Assembly: GCA_038046645.1 (NCBI GenBank)
Contig: JBBSVU010000001.1
Coordinates: 11,078 to 62,747 of the forward strand
Length of the DNA: 51,670 bases
Direction: 5' to 3'
From: an archaeon
GTDB taxonomy: Archaea > Iainarchaeota > Iainarchaeia > Iainarchaeales > 0-14-0-20-34-12
In this document: positions 18,490 through 30,000 of the stretch, piece after piece
How positions within the stretch are numbered: position 1 is the first letter of the stretch
How the letters are laid out: the number at the start of each line of letters is the position of its first letter
The notes under the pieces: generated by a model
The model's database searches: none
What the model was told of the DNA's origin: nothing
What the model saw: the letters and a program-made list of their open reading frames with translations, nothing else
Made by a program: the position numbers and the translations under genes

Positions 18490-21400
18490 ATGAATTATTT
18501 TAGAATAATTATAATCGTTGGAATTCTATTATTACTTAGCCAAGGAATTTTTGGCAAAACTAGCTGTACCTTTGAAAATAAACATAACTACACAGGAACA
18601 AATCCTCAATTTAGCACTATGGCTTATAATTCAGCTAATACAACTTTAACGGTTGGATCTACAAATATTACGTCAAGAACATGGAATAGCATTAATCCTT
18701 TTGATTCATTTACAATGATATCTGGGCCAATGAGCAGCATGATGGATATGGTTGTTTATGAGAATAAACCTCTTTTAGTAGGTAATTCAACCAGGGTGTA
18801 TGAACTAGCAGGAACATGGGCTAGTAAAATAGCTTTAACAAACACCTCCTATATTAATCAAATTGAAAAATTAGATAATAATTATATAATAACCACAATA
18901 GGTTCTGACAATAAAGCACATGTTTTTACAATAGATTCTTCAAATAATAAAACAGAACTTAGCACTATCCCGAATAATGCGACTTCTATTGTATCATTAG
19001 GCATAGATAATATTGGTAAAATATGGATTAATACTGGCAATCCAAACAATATTTATTACTACCAAAATAATGCATGGCAGCAGGTAATTAATCCTTCTGG
19101 TTCTCCACAATTAATTCTAGGAACAAAGTCTGGAAAGATATATGTTGTAAGTAATGTTGTTGGCACAGGTTATCGTATTTATGTCAGAAATGCTTCTGAT
19201 GCTTGGAATGCTGCTTGGACTCAGATTGCAGATATTGCAAATGTTCAAAAGATTGTTGATATTGTTGAAGACATATTCGGAAATATTTATGTATTGGCTG
19301 AAATGAATGGCAATACTGTCAGCATTTACTTATTGGATGAAAATACTGGATGGGAATTGTTAAAGAATTTTGGGGCAGATATGACAAAAGGGAGTAAAAT
19401 ATTAGCAATTAATTTGACTGCTGTTTTTGTTAGTGGTTATACTTCAAATAATGCTAAATTATTTATGGGGCAGTGTAGCCCGGATAATCCGCCAACTGCA
19501 GACATAACAGCAGTAATCTCAGATGAACCAGTACAGCAACAGAATAACCAAATAACAATAAATTCAACAGACTGGATATTCCTAAATGGCTCAAATAGCA
19601 CAGATGACCTTGGCATAGCAGCATATCTTTGGGAACAGACATCTGGCGATCCAAAAACAATAAATAATTCTACTGCTGAGACTAGCAACATACAATTTAA
19701 TGCTAATGATGCTGGCAAAACATTTGACTTCAAATTAACAGTAACAGATACTGGTGGGCAGACTGCTTTTGATGCAGTAAAAATAACTATCAAATCAGCA
19801 GCACAGCTAACCCTAACAATATTGGCCAATGGGCAAGACGCTAACCTTGAGGTAATGCCTGGTACTTCACCGAGCTTAGTTGGAATAGCATCAAATGGCA
19901 CTGAGCCATATGCCTACCAGTGGACACAAATATCTGGACCTGCAAAAGATATTGGCAATGCTAATAACAGCATGATTACGCCCGCAATTAGCGCTAATGA
20001 AGCAGGCAATGTTTATGAATTCAAATTAACAGTCAGCGATGCAAAGGCGCAGACTGCTTTTGATGTAGTAAAAGTAAGTGTCATAATTCCTACTTTTACT
20101 ATTCAAACAGACTCTTCCTGCACATGGAAAGAGAAATATAATTTTGGTGCTGGAAAAAGTGTTCTTTCTTTAATAAAAGGAAATGATGGCACAGCATATG
20201 CTGGAGTTTCAAGCAGCAATCCTCCTGGGGAAATTTATAAATCAGCAGACAATGGAAGTAACTGGACTCTTTTTGCCGGCTTCGGCAATCTTATTAATCC
20301 TACTTATATGTTAATAGATTCTGCTGGAGATTTATTTGTTGCCGGAATAAATGACAAATATATTTACAAAATTAAGCCAACTGGCATAGGATACCCTATC
20401 ACTGGCACCATATTAGGGAGTAATATCAGCGGAATGGTTGAAACAGTAGATGGAAAGATTTTGGTCTCTACTAACACAACCGATACGCCGCCACATAAAT
20501 TTTATCTTATAAACAAATCCAATAATACAATAACTTTGTCTAGTTCGGCAAGCACATTGAAAAATTTTTTGTTCCTGACAACTTCTGATGATAAAACAAT
20601 GGCATTAGGCGGTGGAAATACTAGTGATGGAAATGGCAAGTTATTATTTAACATTGCTGAATATCAGAACTGGCCTATTCCAATATATAGTTGGCCTAAT
20701 ATAACTCAATCAAAACAACCAAACACAAAAGATGCACTAGTTTCAGCAGTAGAATGGAATAATAAGGGCAATTTATTAGCTTTGACACAAAAAGGTGAAA
20801 TTCATAAATATGGGAATGATGGATGGAATGGCATTGGCAAATTTAATAATATGATAAATGGGCAAATTGCCTGGAAATTAAAAAAAATTGACAGTGAAAT
20901 ATATGCACTTATGAATAAAGATTCTGGCACAGTGTTGGCAAAATCAAGTGATTATGGAAATAGCTGGATAAAATATGCCGGGTTAGAGACTGCAGCATTA
21001 GCTACAGAGATAATAAAGGGCGCAGATAATAAGATATATGCTTCAATCGCCACTACCGACAATAAGGGGAAAATCTATTATCTAGATTGTCCACAACAAG
21101 GGCAAAATGATCAGCAGCAACCATGCACAAAAACATGTGCTGAAAATGAAACATTAGATGAAACAACATGTACTTGTGTAACACAAGGGCAACAGCCTCC
21201 AACGCCTCCGGGTGGCGGCAGTGGAGATGGGGGTGTTCCTGGTAGCCCAGGCGGACCACAATTACAACCAGGACAACAAACGGTATTTGAGAAAACACTT
21301 AATTCAGAAAATTTAAGTGCTGAAGAAATTGAATTAATGTTGGGAATGGCAGATAAGGATGAATATGTGGATGATGCCAATAAAATAAGCCCGAAGATAA

Positions 21401-22128
21401 GTGTTACAAAAGAAATCAAGACAATTGCAAAAGGCAATGATGCAAATACTTATGTTACTTTAAATATAAAGAATGTTGGAGATGAAACATATAAAGATAT
21501 TTTTATTATAGAAATAATCCCAAAAGAAATACTGCAAAGTGCTAAGGATATAAAATCAAACAATAAATACGGAATAGTAACAGAAGATCCGATAATTGAA
21601 TACAATATTGCTGAATTGAAAAAGGGGGAAAATGAGAAATTTGAATATTATTTCAAAAAGGATTTAAGTAAATTAAAAGAAGAGGATATTGATAAATGGG
21701 AGGCTGCATTTGCATATGATGGGGAAGAAGCTAATGGATTATGCGCAAATGTCATATGTAAAGTTATTGCTTGTAAAGAAAGTACTTGCGATTTGGATGA
21801 TGGAAAATGCAAATACACTGATAAGAAAGAGGGTACAAATTGCGGAACAAACAAGAAATGCACTAAGGGAAAATGCATTGCTGTAAAGGCGGATATAAAC
21901 GCAGATGCGGATATGAATGCTAACTTAGATCAGAATATAGGCACAGGATTTGAGTTGCCAAAGCTGCCATTAATGGAAATAGGAATTGCAATTATCTTGT
22001 TGATACTAGCTGTTGCTGGTTTCTGGTTTGTGAAGAATAAGGAAAAACAGGAAGAAAATGCAGAACAAACAAAGGAGGAAGCTATAGCAAAAGACTTTAA
22101 TTTTGAGACTTTTATTGTCTTTTGCTAG
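18490..22128 (+). CDS. Secreted adhesin-like protein: beta-propeller, two PKD-like domains, Asp-box propeller, Cys-rich repeats, C-terminal TM anchor
   Basis: Signal peptide; PKD motifs (LNGSNSTD..YLWEQTSG..FKLTVTD, repeated); Asp-boxes SADNGSNW and SSDYGNSW; CxxxC...CTC; Pro/Gly linker; C-terminal TM plus Lys/Glu tail. Confidence 0.85.
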   Translation: MNYFRIIIIVGILLLLSQGIFGKTSCTFENKHNYTGTNPQFSTMAYNSANTTLTVGSTNITSRTWNSINPFDSFTMISGPMSSMMDMVVYENKPLLVGNSTRVYELAGTWASKIALTNTSYINQIEKLDNNYIITTIGSDNKAHVFTIDSSNNKTELSTIPNNATSIVSLGIDNIGKIWINTGNPNNIYYYQNNAWQQVINPSGSPQLILGTKSGKIYVVSNVVGTGYRIYVRNASDAWNAAWTQIADIANVQKIVDIVEDIFGNIYVLAEMNGNTVSIYLLDENTGWELLKNFGADMTKGSKILAINLTAVFVSGYTSNNAKLFMGQCSPDNPPTADITAVISDEPVQQQNNQITINSTDWIFLNGSNSTDDLGIAAYLWEQTSGDPKTINNSTAETSNIQFNANDAGKTFDFKLTVTDTGGQTAFDAVKITIKSAAQLTLTILANGQDANLEVMPGTSPSLVGIASNGTEPYAYQWTQISGPAKDIGNANNSMITPAISANEAGNVYEFKLTVSDAKAQTAFDVVKVSVIIPTFTIQTDSSCTWKEKYNFGAGKSVLSLIKGNDGTAYAGVSSSNPPGEIYKSADNGSNWTLFAGFGNLINPTYMLIDSAGDLFVAGINDKYIYKIKPTGIGYPITGTILGSNISGMVETVDGKILVSTNTTDTPPHKFYLINKSNNTITLSSSASTLKNFLFLTTSDDKTMALGGGNTSDGNGKLLFNIAEYQNWPIPIYSWPNITQSKQPNTKDALVSAVEWNNKGNLLALTQKGEIHKYGNDGWNGIGKFNNMINGQIAWKLKKIDSEIYALMNKDSGTVLAKSSDYGNSWIKYAGLETAALATEIIKGADNKIYASIATTDNKGKIYYLDCPQQGQNDQQQPCTKTCAENETLDETTCTCVTQGQQPPTPPGGGSGDGGVPGSPGGPQLQPGQQTVFEKTLNSENLSAEEIELMLGMADKDEYVDDANKISPKISVTKEIKTIAKGNDANTYVTLNIKNVGDETYKDIFIIEIIPKEILQSAKDIKSNNKYGIVTEDPIIEYNIAELKKGENEKFEYYFKKDLSKLKEEDIDKWEAAFAYDGEEANGLCANVICKVIACKESTCDLDDGKCKYTDKKEGTNCGTNKKCTKGKCIAVKADINADADMNANLDQNIGTGFELPKLPLMEIGIAIILLILAVAGFWFVKNKEKQEENAEQTKEEAIAKDFNFETFIVFC

Positions 22129-22226
22129 ATACAAATTAAATCCAAAGGATTTAATTGTACACTTAAAGCTTGCTTTAAGTTGTAGTAAAGGATTATATTA
22201 TAGCCAAATATTTATGTCCTTTACTA
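22085..22226. repeat. Cluster of four consecutive inverted repeats at the 3' end of the adhesin gene
   Basis: TAGCAAAAGAC/GTCTTTTGCTA (22085-22127), AATTAAATCC/GGATTTAATT (22134-22156), ACTTAAAGC/GCTTTAAGT (22161-22180), TAGTAAAGGA/TCCTTTACTA (22183-22226). Confidence 0.7.
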
Positions 22227-22279
22227 TAGATTCTAACAAATAAATTTTTATTCAGAAGAACCTTATCTTATACGATAAA

Positions 22280-23758
22280 ATGAATATTAAGGGATTCAAT
22301 CTTTTTACTGCACTAGTTGCAATTATACTTATTTTGCTGACTGGATTATTGATAAATACAATGCTGCAGACAGAAAGCAGCACAAAAAATACGCTGCAGA
22401 ATATTGCGGATGAGGAAAAAATAAATGCTGTCTCTGAAACAGTAAGGGAGAACATAACACAGCTAGTGAATTTCAGGATACGCTGGGTCATAAACAGCTA
22501 TTTCTCAACAAATAATTCAGTAACATTTGAAATTAGCGATGCGATTGAATTTGAAAAAATGAAGGAAAAATTCATTGCTTCATATTTTTCAGAGGATTTT
22601 GCAAATGAATTTGCGAATTCGGTTGAAGCGTACATTACAAATTTAAGCTATGATTTGGGGGATTATAAAGTTTATGAGGAAGGGTTTAATCACCCAAAGG
22701 AAACTGAAGCTTTAATGAAATTAATGCTGTATAGTATGTTTGAGGATGGTTTAACAGCTATGTCTCCTGCAACACCGAGAAAGGATTTTTTGCAGCCTGT
22801 TGGTGACTGCAGCCAGAGCATAGAAAACTGCTCAGGCACATTTTATATTACATTAAAATCAGGGAGCGTACCTGCAGACATTTATGAGGATTTGCCAAAG
22901 GTGACAATTGAAGAATCAAAAACAAAAGCAGGGATTAAAGTGAAAAATCCAATACTGCCAAGGCATGATGTAAAAATATTTGTACCATTGAGAATTTTCA
23001 AGATTTTGAAGGTAGCAGAAAAATATGCTGATGAGATGCTTGCAAAAAGAACTGAATTCCAGAAATATGCCTTGGGTGTTTGCGATGTTGGGAAATGCGG
23101 GGCGCGCGATTCCATAAATATGTCGGCGGAGGGATCTTTCAGTACCTTGTGCCCAGGGGATTCAAGGATTAATTATGAAGGAGCACAGATAAATGACAGT
23201 GCAAAATATAATTCTGGGCAAGGGACAACAATTAAGGGGATAGATATAACTTACCATTTAGGGGAAGCACCAAATTTGCTAAAGTCTATCCAGCCTGAAG
23301 AGGCATTTTCACTTGCAACAAAAGAAAAAATAACTGAAGCTTTGGATAATGTTGCAATTCCTTTTGCAGCATTGCCGGACTCAGGCCAAATTAAAGAAAT
23401 GGATGTTTTAATTGATAGTGAAATCCAAACGCAGACAGTATCGTTTGTTACTTTGATAGATGACAGCTACAATAATAACAAGGAATTGTCCAACCATAAC
23501 GTAATAGACCCTGGTTGCACAATAATCGGGACACTTACAACCATTGTGCAGGTCAGTGAGAATAACGATGCATATAAAGTCATAAAAGGGGATGCTGCAT
23601 CAAACCTGAATTACCGGATTAAGATAAATGATTTTGATTATGACTTTAGTAAATTAAATCTTGACCCGAATAACAAATGGACTTGCAATTCGGAGGTAGG
23701 GTTTTCACCAGGGGTGCCTCCGACAGTAGATTCTGGGTCATGCAGCCCTTTCCCCTAA
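22280..23758 (+). CDS. Large pilin-like protein with class III (prepilin) signal peptide
   Basis: MNIKG|FNLFTALVAIILILLTGLLI: basic-Gly cleavage site followed by a hydrophobic helix; Cys pairs in the C-terminal region. Confidence 0.7.
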   Translation: MNIKGFNLFTALVAIILILLTGLLINTMLQTESSTKNTLQNIADEEKINAVSETVRENITQLVNFRIRWVINSYFSTNNSVTFEISDAIEFEKMKEKFIASYFSEDFANEFANSVEAYITNLSYDLGDYKVYEEGFNHPKETEALMKLMLYSMFEDGLTAMSPATPRKDFLQPVGDCSQSIENCSGTFYITLKSGSVPADIYEDLPKVTIEESKTKAGIKVKNPILPRHDVKIFVPLRIFKILKVAEKYADEMLAKRTEFQKYALGVCDVGKCGARDSINMSAEGSFSTLCPGDSRINYEGAQINDSAKYNSGQGTTIKGIDITYHLGEAPNLLKSIQPEEAFSLATKEKITEALDNVAIPFAALPDSGQIKEMDVLIDSEIQTQTVSFVTLIDDSYNNNKELSNHNVIDPGCTIIGTLTTIVQVSENNDAYKVIKGDAASNLNYRIKINDFDYDFSKLNLDPNNKWTCNSEVGFSPGVPPTVDSGSCSPFP

Positions 23759-23944
23759 AAAGCTCTTAAAATCATTTCTACAGAGCCTTAGTATCATTAA
23801 TATTTATATATAAGGAAGACTAATAATAATTAAAACCTTGAAAATAAGCATTAAAACGCCTTAAAACAGGCAAAACAAGGTTTAAAAAGAAATCAATGCA
23901 ACAAATAAATATTATAATTAATAAAATATAATTATAAAGTGAAA

Positions 23945-24007
23945 ACTCCGAAAGGGGTCAAAATCAAGAGCTGCAATAAAGTTTGTGGCACTGTGTGCGC
24001 ACGCAGT
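23945..24007 (+). promoter_or_regulatory. Structured 5' leader of giant gene 2
   Basis: ACTCC-GAAA-GGGGT (GNRA loop) and ACTGTGT-GCGC-ACGCAGT hairpins in an otherwise A-rich leader. Confidence 0.45.
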
Positions 24008-24034
24008 AAAAATATAAAATAAAAGAGGGTAACC

Positions 24035-27000
24035 ATGGGCCTAAATGAAGTTTATGCAAAGATAGAAGATAGATGGTATGGTTTTGTGGAGTGGCTTGAT
24101 AAAAAAAATGTTCCGCTTTACAAAGTTGTAGACGCAATGGAAGCAAAAAATATTCCAAGCTTCCCTGTTTTTTTGATCCTGTTTTTATTGATTATAGCAG
24201 GAGTAATATTTTTGGCAAGCGGAATGCTTGTCCAGACAACTTCATTAAGTGTTTTGGTAACAGATGCTGATGACAATCCGCTAAGCGGAGCAACTGTAAG
24301 CGTAAGCTCAGATGCATATGAGCAGGAAAAAACAACTGATAATGAAGGAATTGCGCAATTTGAAAATGTCCCTCTCAATAAAGAATTAACTGTAAGTGCA
24401 ACCAAAGGAGATTATAAGGCAGATGAGGAAACAGTCACATTGGCAGAAAAAGGTGAATTAGCCCTTTCACTCGAGAAAATGCTGTCAACAATTGACAAAA
24501 CAATAAGTTTTATAGGAGCAGAAGGAGAATTAATTGAAGACAATCCGTTTGTGCAATTTTCTTGCTCAAACAGCGATGTTGATTATTCTGCAACAGAGGA
24601 AATTGTTGATGGGGAAATAACCCTGACAAATATTCCGGAAAACTGCGGACAATTAATAATTGAAAATATTGTAGGATTTAGCACAGAAGTATCTGAAATT
24701 GACTTGGCAGAAAGTGCACCGCAGATTGAGCTGCAGAAGGAGACAAATGTTGGAAAAGGGACTGTTGTTGTAAGCGTAAAGAACGCTGATGGAAACCCGG
24801 TCTTCGGAATCATTGTAATGCTGATGCATTCAGATGATACCTTGGAGCAGCAATTAGAAACGCCGGCATCAGGAACAGTAATATTTGATAGTGTTCCTGC
24901 AGATAGCTATTACATTGTAGTAAGCAGCAACGGTGATTTTGAAGAATATAAATCAGAGGCAAAAGCACTAAATGCAAATTTCGAAATAACCTTCAATGCA
25001 ACATTGACAAAGGCATCAGCAGGAAAGATAAAAATTCAGGCAATGAATAAGGACAATGTTCCTGTGAATAATGCTACAGTCAAATTAATGAACAATAATG
25101 TATTTGTAAAAACAGATTATACTGACGCAGAAGGAAAGGCAGAATTCACTGTCTCTGTGAATACATCTTATGGTTTAGAAATAGACCATCCTGATTATTT
25201 AATATTCACAGAAAAGGGGGTTGCGCCAAAAGAAGGATATTATACATATGTGCTTGAAACACTTACAAGCGAAAATGCGCAGAGCATTGAAGCAAGCATA
25301 ATTGACGCAAGCAATAATCCTGTTGAATCAACAACAGTGATGTTAAGGAATTCAGACGGAACACCTGTCGGAAATCAACAAGTTACAGGGGCAGACGGAA
25401 AAACAGAATTCATGAATGTCAAAATAGGAGAATATTATGTCTATGCTGTAAAGGAAGGATTTGACGGAGAGGTAAGCGCAAATTTCAATGTTGAAGCAAA
25501 GAAAACAACTAAGGTAAGCGTAACCTTAAACATCGGCTCAGGCACCTTAAACCTGAACTTGATGGATGAGGACAAAAATCCATTGCAGGGTGCACAGGTT
25601 AAGGCATTTAATTTAGCAGACGGAAAATTACTGAAGGAAGGCACATCTGATGTGCAGGGAAAAACAAGCTTTTCAATAAGGGCAGACAAAAAGGTTTATT
25701 TCATAATTGAATCATCAAAATACCTGCCGTATGTAACATTGCCATACTCACCATTAGTAAATTCAGAACAGATAATTGATGTTGAATTAGTAAAGGATGT
25801 TGCAGCATTAACTGCGAAATTCAAGGGCTTTACATTAAATGAAGAAACAGTCCAGAATTCAGTAAGCGCAGGGAAAAAATATAATGCAATATTGCAGTTA
25901 TATGTGCCTGCTGAAACTAATTATGATAAAATAGCATTGCATTTCAGGACAGGAAATGAAGAGGAAAATAAAACAAACCTGATGGAAGAAGATTCTTTAT
26001 TCATCAAAAAGGTAATCAGTTCTGCAAGCAAGGTAAAGAAAGCCACAACCTATAGCCCAAATACAAACATGTCAACAGACATGGCAAATTTAACAGCCGG
26101 AGATGCAAAATGGGCAGATTTAATTTGGGAATTAGAAGGAGATATGCCAAAAGCAGGAGTTTTTAATGCAGCTGTTGAGGTTGAAATAAGGGATGAGGCG
26201 ACAGAAGGAGATGTTGTTTACGTTTATTACAGGGGATATGCAGTAAAAGGAACTACATATATAAGAGATCCAACAGATGAGGAATTAAAGACTACGGAAA
26301 ATGCTCCATTGAAACAAAGCTTATTCGCAAAAGCAAAGGCAATGCCTTACAGCATAGGGCCTAGCAACCTTTGTTCAAATAATTTCTGCAGGCAGTTTGA
26401 GGTTGAGGATTTAGATGCCAAACTGAAAACAGCAATTGTGGATTCTTATGTCGGAAAAATAACTGGAACATACACATTAAATTTCAAGATAACAAAAACC
26501 TCTGTGAAAAAATACCAGGATTCAACATTAACAATCACAAATGAAAGCGGCGGGTTAAAGATTAAGGAATATGCAATAACAACACCATCAGGAAAAACAC
26601 TTTCAAAGAAATTGGACGGATATACTCTTGAAGAAACATTGGGAACTTTAGGGGAAGGATCTTTATTATCAGGAACATTGACATTTGAAACAGAAAAAGA
26701 AGGAACTAATTTACTGGATATTAAAGTCACGGCAGACAAGGAAGAAATATTCGCCTATTCAATTGCAGTAGATGTTGAACCTGCAAAGGAAATGAGCATT
26801 GATATGCTGCCAAAGGCAGTTGTGCCATATATTGACAATAAATTATTATTCAAAGTAAGTGATTCAGAAAATAATCCAATTGTGAATGCGTTTGTGAATG
26901 TTGAATTGGACGGAGTTTTAATAAAAAGCGGCACAACAGACAATGCAGGAATTTTGGCCTTGGAATTGGAAGCTCCGCAATTAGGCGCGGCATTAAAGGT

Positions 27001-30000
27001 AACTGCAAAGAAGAATTCCTACAAAACAGTTGTAAAGGAAGTAATGGTAAATTCTGATTTATTGCAGACAAACCCGGTAGAATTGTCACTTGAGATGACA
27101 CCTTCGACCGGGGCGGAGATTGCATTGCCCTTAATCTTGAGGAATCTTACTTTTGTCCCATTCAAGGTAAAGGGTGTTTCATTAAGCAAGGATTTGACAC
27201 AGTATGTAAAAATAAAAAGCTCAGACTTTGTGAACACTGTTGTAGATTTGAACAAGGATTATAACGGAAGCATAACATTTGAATTAACCGATGCAGGAAA
27301 ATTGACTGAAAAAACAGTAAATGCTACAGGCGTTATTTCAGTCATAGTAGAGAATGCTGATTTAGGCAAGGAATGGCTTGTGCAATTGCCTTTGCAATTC
27401 AGGATTGTTTTAGGTTTAGAATTAGACAATTTGAATTGTTTAGGGTTATTAAATAAAAAAGGAGAGCCAATAAAAGAGATAACATTTGTAACAACAAAAT
27501 ATGCAATGGCCAATGAGCTTATGCTGAAGAACGGCTGCACAGTTACAAACAATTCAGTGACATTAAAGAATTTAACAGTAAAAATAAAGGAATTGGAAGA
27601 AAAACAACCATTAGCAATCGGAACTTTCAGGTTAGAATCTGAAAAGATGCCTAACGAAATAGTGTTGTTAGATGGTTCTAAAGCTGCAATGCTTGGTGCG
27701 ATTGAAAAAGGATCAGAAATACCTTTAACATTGAAATTCACGCCAAGCGAATTGGCAAAATCAGCATCACAAACCGCTACCTTGGTGTTTGAGGCAACTC
27801 ATCTATCGCTAAGCGGAGAAGAGAAAATAAAATTGGAATACAAAGTAAAAATAGTAATAAATTATTTACAGGATTGTGTAAAGATTGTAAAGCCAGAATA
27901 TATGGAACTATTCACATGCGCAAATAATACTGGGTTAGGAATGTTCCCAGGATACTTTGGTTCAGGATTAGGAATGAATCAGGGATTTAATGGCTTAAGC
28001 GGATTAGGAGGAATGGGAAATTTAGGAGGATTTACTGGCATGGAATCTGGGCAATTTGGAATGTCAGGATATAATATGCCATTTAATAATACCGGTTTGT
28101 CAAACTGGTCAAACTCACAATACCCAAATACATTTATGAATCCAACAGGAATTGGTTCTACTACACTGGGATCAATGAATTATGGACAAGGAATGCAAGG
28201 GGATTATAGTTTATATGCACAGCCAAGCTATCCAAACACAATGTATAACACCATGAACCCAATGACAACAGGCTATGGAATGGGAATGGATTCATTTGGA
28301 GCAGGGGCATATGGCAATACAAACTGGATTTGCGAACAGACAAAGGATGCAGGAAAGGTAAAGCTGCAGAATAATTGTGATATCTCAGTTGAATTAAAAA
28401 TAGAACCAAGTTCACAATTGCAGGTAAAAGAAAATGAAATTAAATTAGAGCCAAAACAGGAGAAAGAAATAATTGTTGAACCAGGAATATTCTCAGGAGT
28501 ATATCCAATTGCGATAAGCGGAAAATTATTGGGTTCAAATACAGACTTGCTTGAGTTAAGCAAATTTAATGTAACGGTAATGAGATTGGGAGACATACAG
28601 GACAGATGTAAGCCGACAATGACTCCTACTACACTTAATGTAGGATTTATCGGATGGAATGAAAGCAAAGCAAAAATCTACAACAGCTGTTACAATATGG
28701 GCTATAGGTTAATGCCATTTGGCCCGCAGAATATTTCTTGTTATACAATAACACAGGCAGAATCAATGATGGGCCAAGGTACACAATTGGGCCAACCTCA
28801 AGTAGCAGGCCAAACTCAATTAGGCCAGACACTGCCTGGACAGCTGCCACAGATGAGCCAGTATGGCTCTTGTGATTTGGTAAGATTCTTGATTGCAAGC
28901 CCGCCAAGGGTTGTGATGACAGCACAAGGAATGTCCGAGGTAGTTGAATTATCCTTGAGATATGATCCTCAGGTAATAACACAATGGCCTGGAAATGTTC
29001 CTGGAACATTAAATGAACAATTCGGAAATATGAGAATCGCTGCGAATAGACAGGCAAAATCAATTATAAGCCCTGGGCAAGCAATTGTAAATTACAGAAG
29101 CCCGTTTATGATGCAGACATTATCAGAGGTAATTCCAATTACTTTAATGGATTACTGGCAATTTTCCGGGGTTGCGGATATAGTTATGAAAAACGGAAAC
29201 CCTTCAGTAAAGGCTGAGGATTGCATTCCAACAGAGAACAAAAAAGGCTTCTTGGATATGGAAGCCAAATATGGAATATTAACTGATACGCACTTTACAG
29301 CAGACCGCTTTGTATATGACAATGGCGGAGATATTAGGGGACATGCATTAATGAGGGTAGCATACGACAGGCATGAAGTTTTAGAGCAGAAATTGCCTGT
29401 ATGTGGAGAAGGCGATTTCATTAATGAATTGGAGAAAACATATTTCGAGGATGAATCAGGTGTAAAGTTATACTTTGAAAGAGCTTACGGAAACCACAGC
29501 ATAATAATGGTTATGGACAGGAGTGAAATGAAAACAAAATGCGCGGTGATTGATGAAAAATTGCCGGTAAGGGTCACAAGGATTTATTATGGCGGCACAA
29601 GCCCTGTGATTTATATTCCAATAAAGATAAAGATGCTTAACACCGACCTTTCTTTGGAAGATGTTGGTGGCAAGGGCAATGTAACAAAGGAAAAATGCCT
29701 GAAAACAAAGCATGACAAGGAAAAAGAAACAGAGGAAGAGAAACAAAAGGCAGAAATATACATAAAAATAACAAAGGAATGTAAGATAGAATGCACAGGC
29801 CTGAATGAATGCCTGAAGGATTGTTTAAAAGAAAAATGCGAAGAATGTGACTGCTGCAAGAAGAAATGCAAGAAATGTGAAGAAGGAGGAGAAGGAGAAA
29901 AGGAAGCAGTAAAAGAAAAGACCCCACTTTATTGCGCAGGAAACTTCAGTGCAGAAACAGGCGAGGAAGCTTATAAAAGATATGGATTTGACAAGTATCT

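Noticed and set aside
19729..20080. Nucleotide-level repeat TTCAAATTAACAGT...GCAGACTGCTTTTGATG as a DGR template/variable pair
   Set aside because: Both copies are in-frame ends of tandem PKD domains, the mismatches are not adenine-specific, and no reverse transcriptase gene is present.
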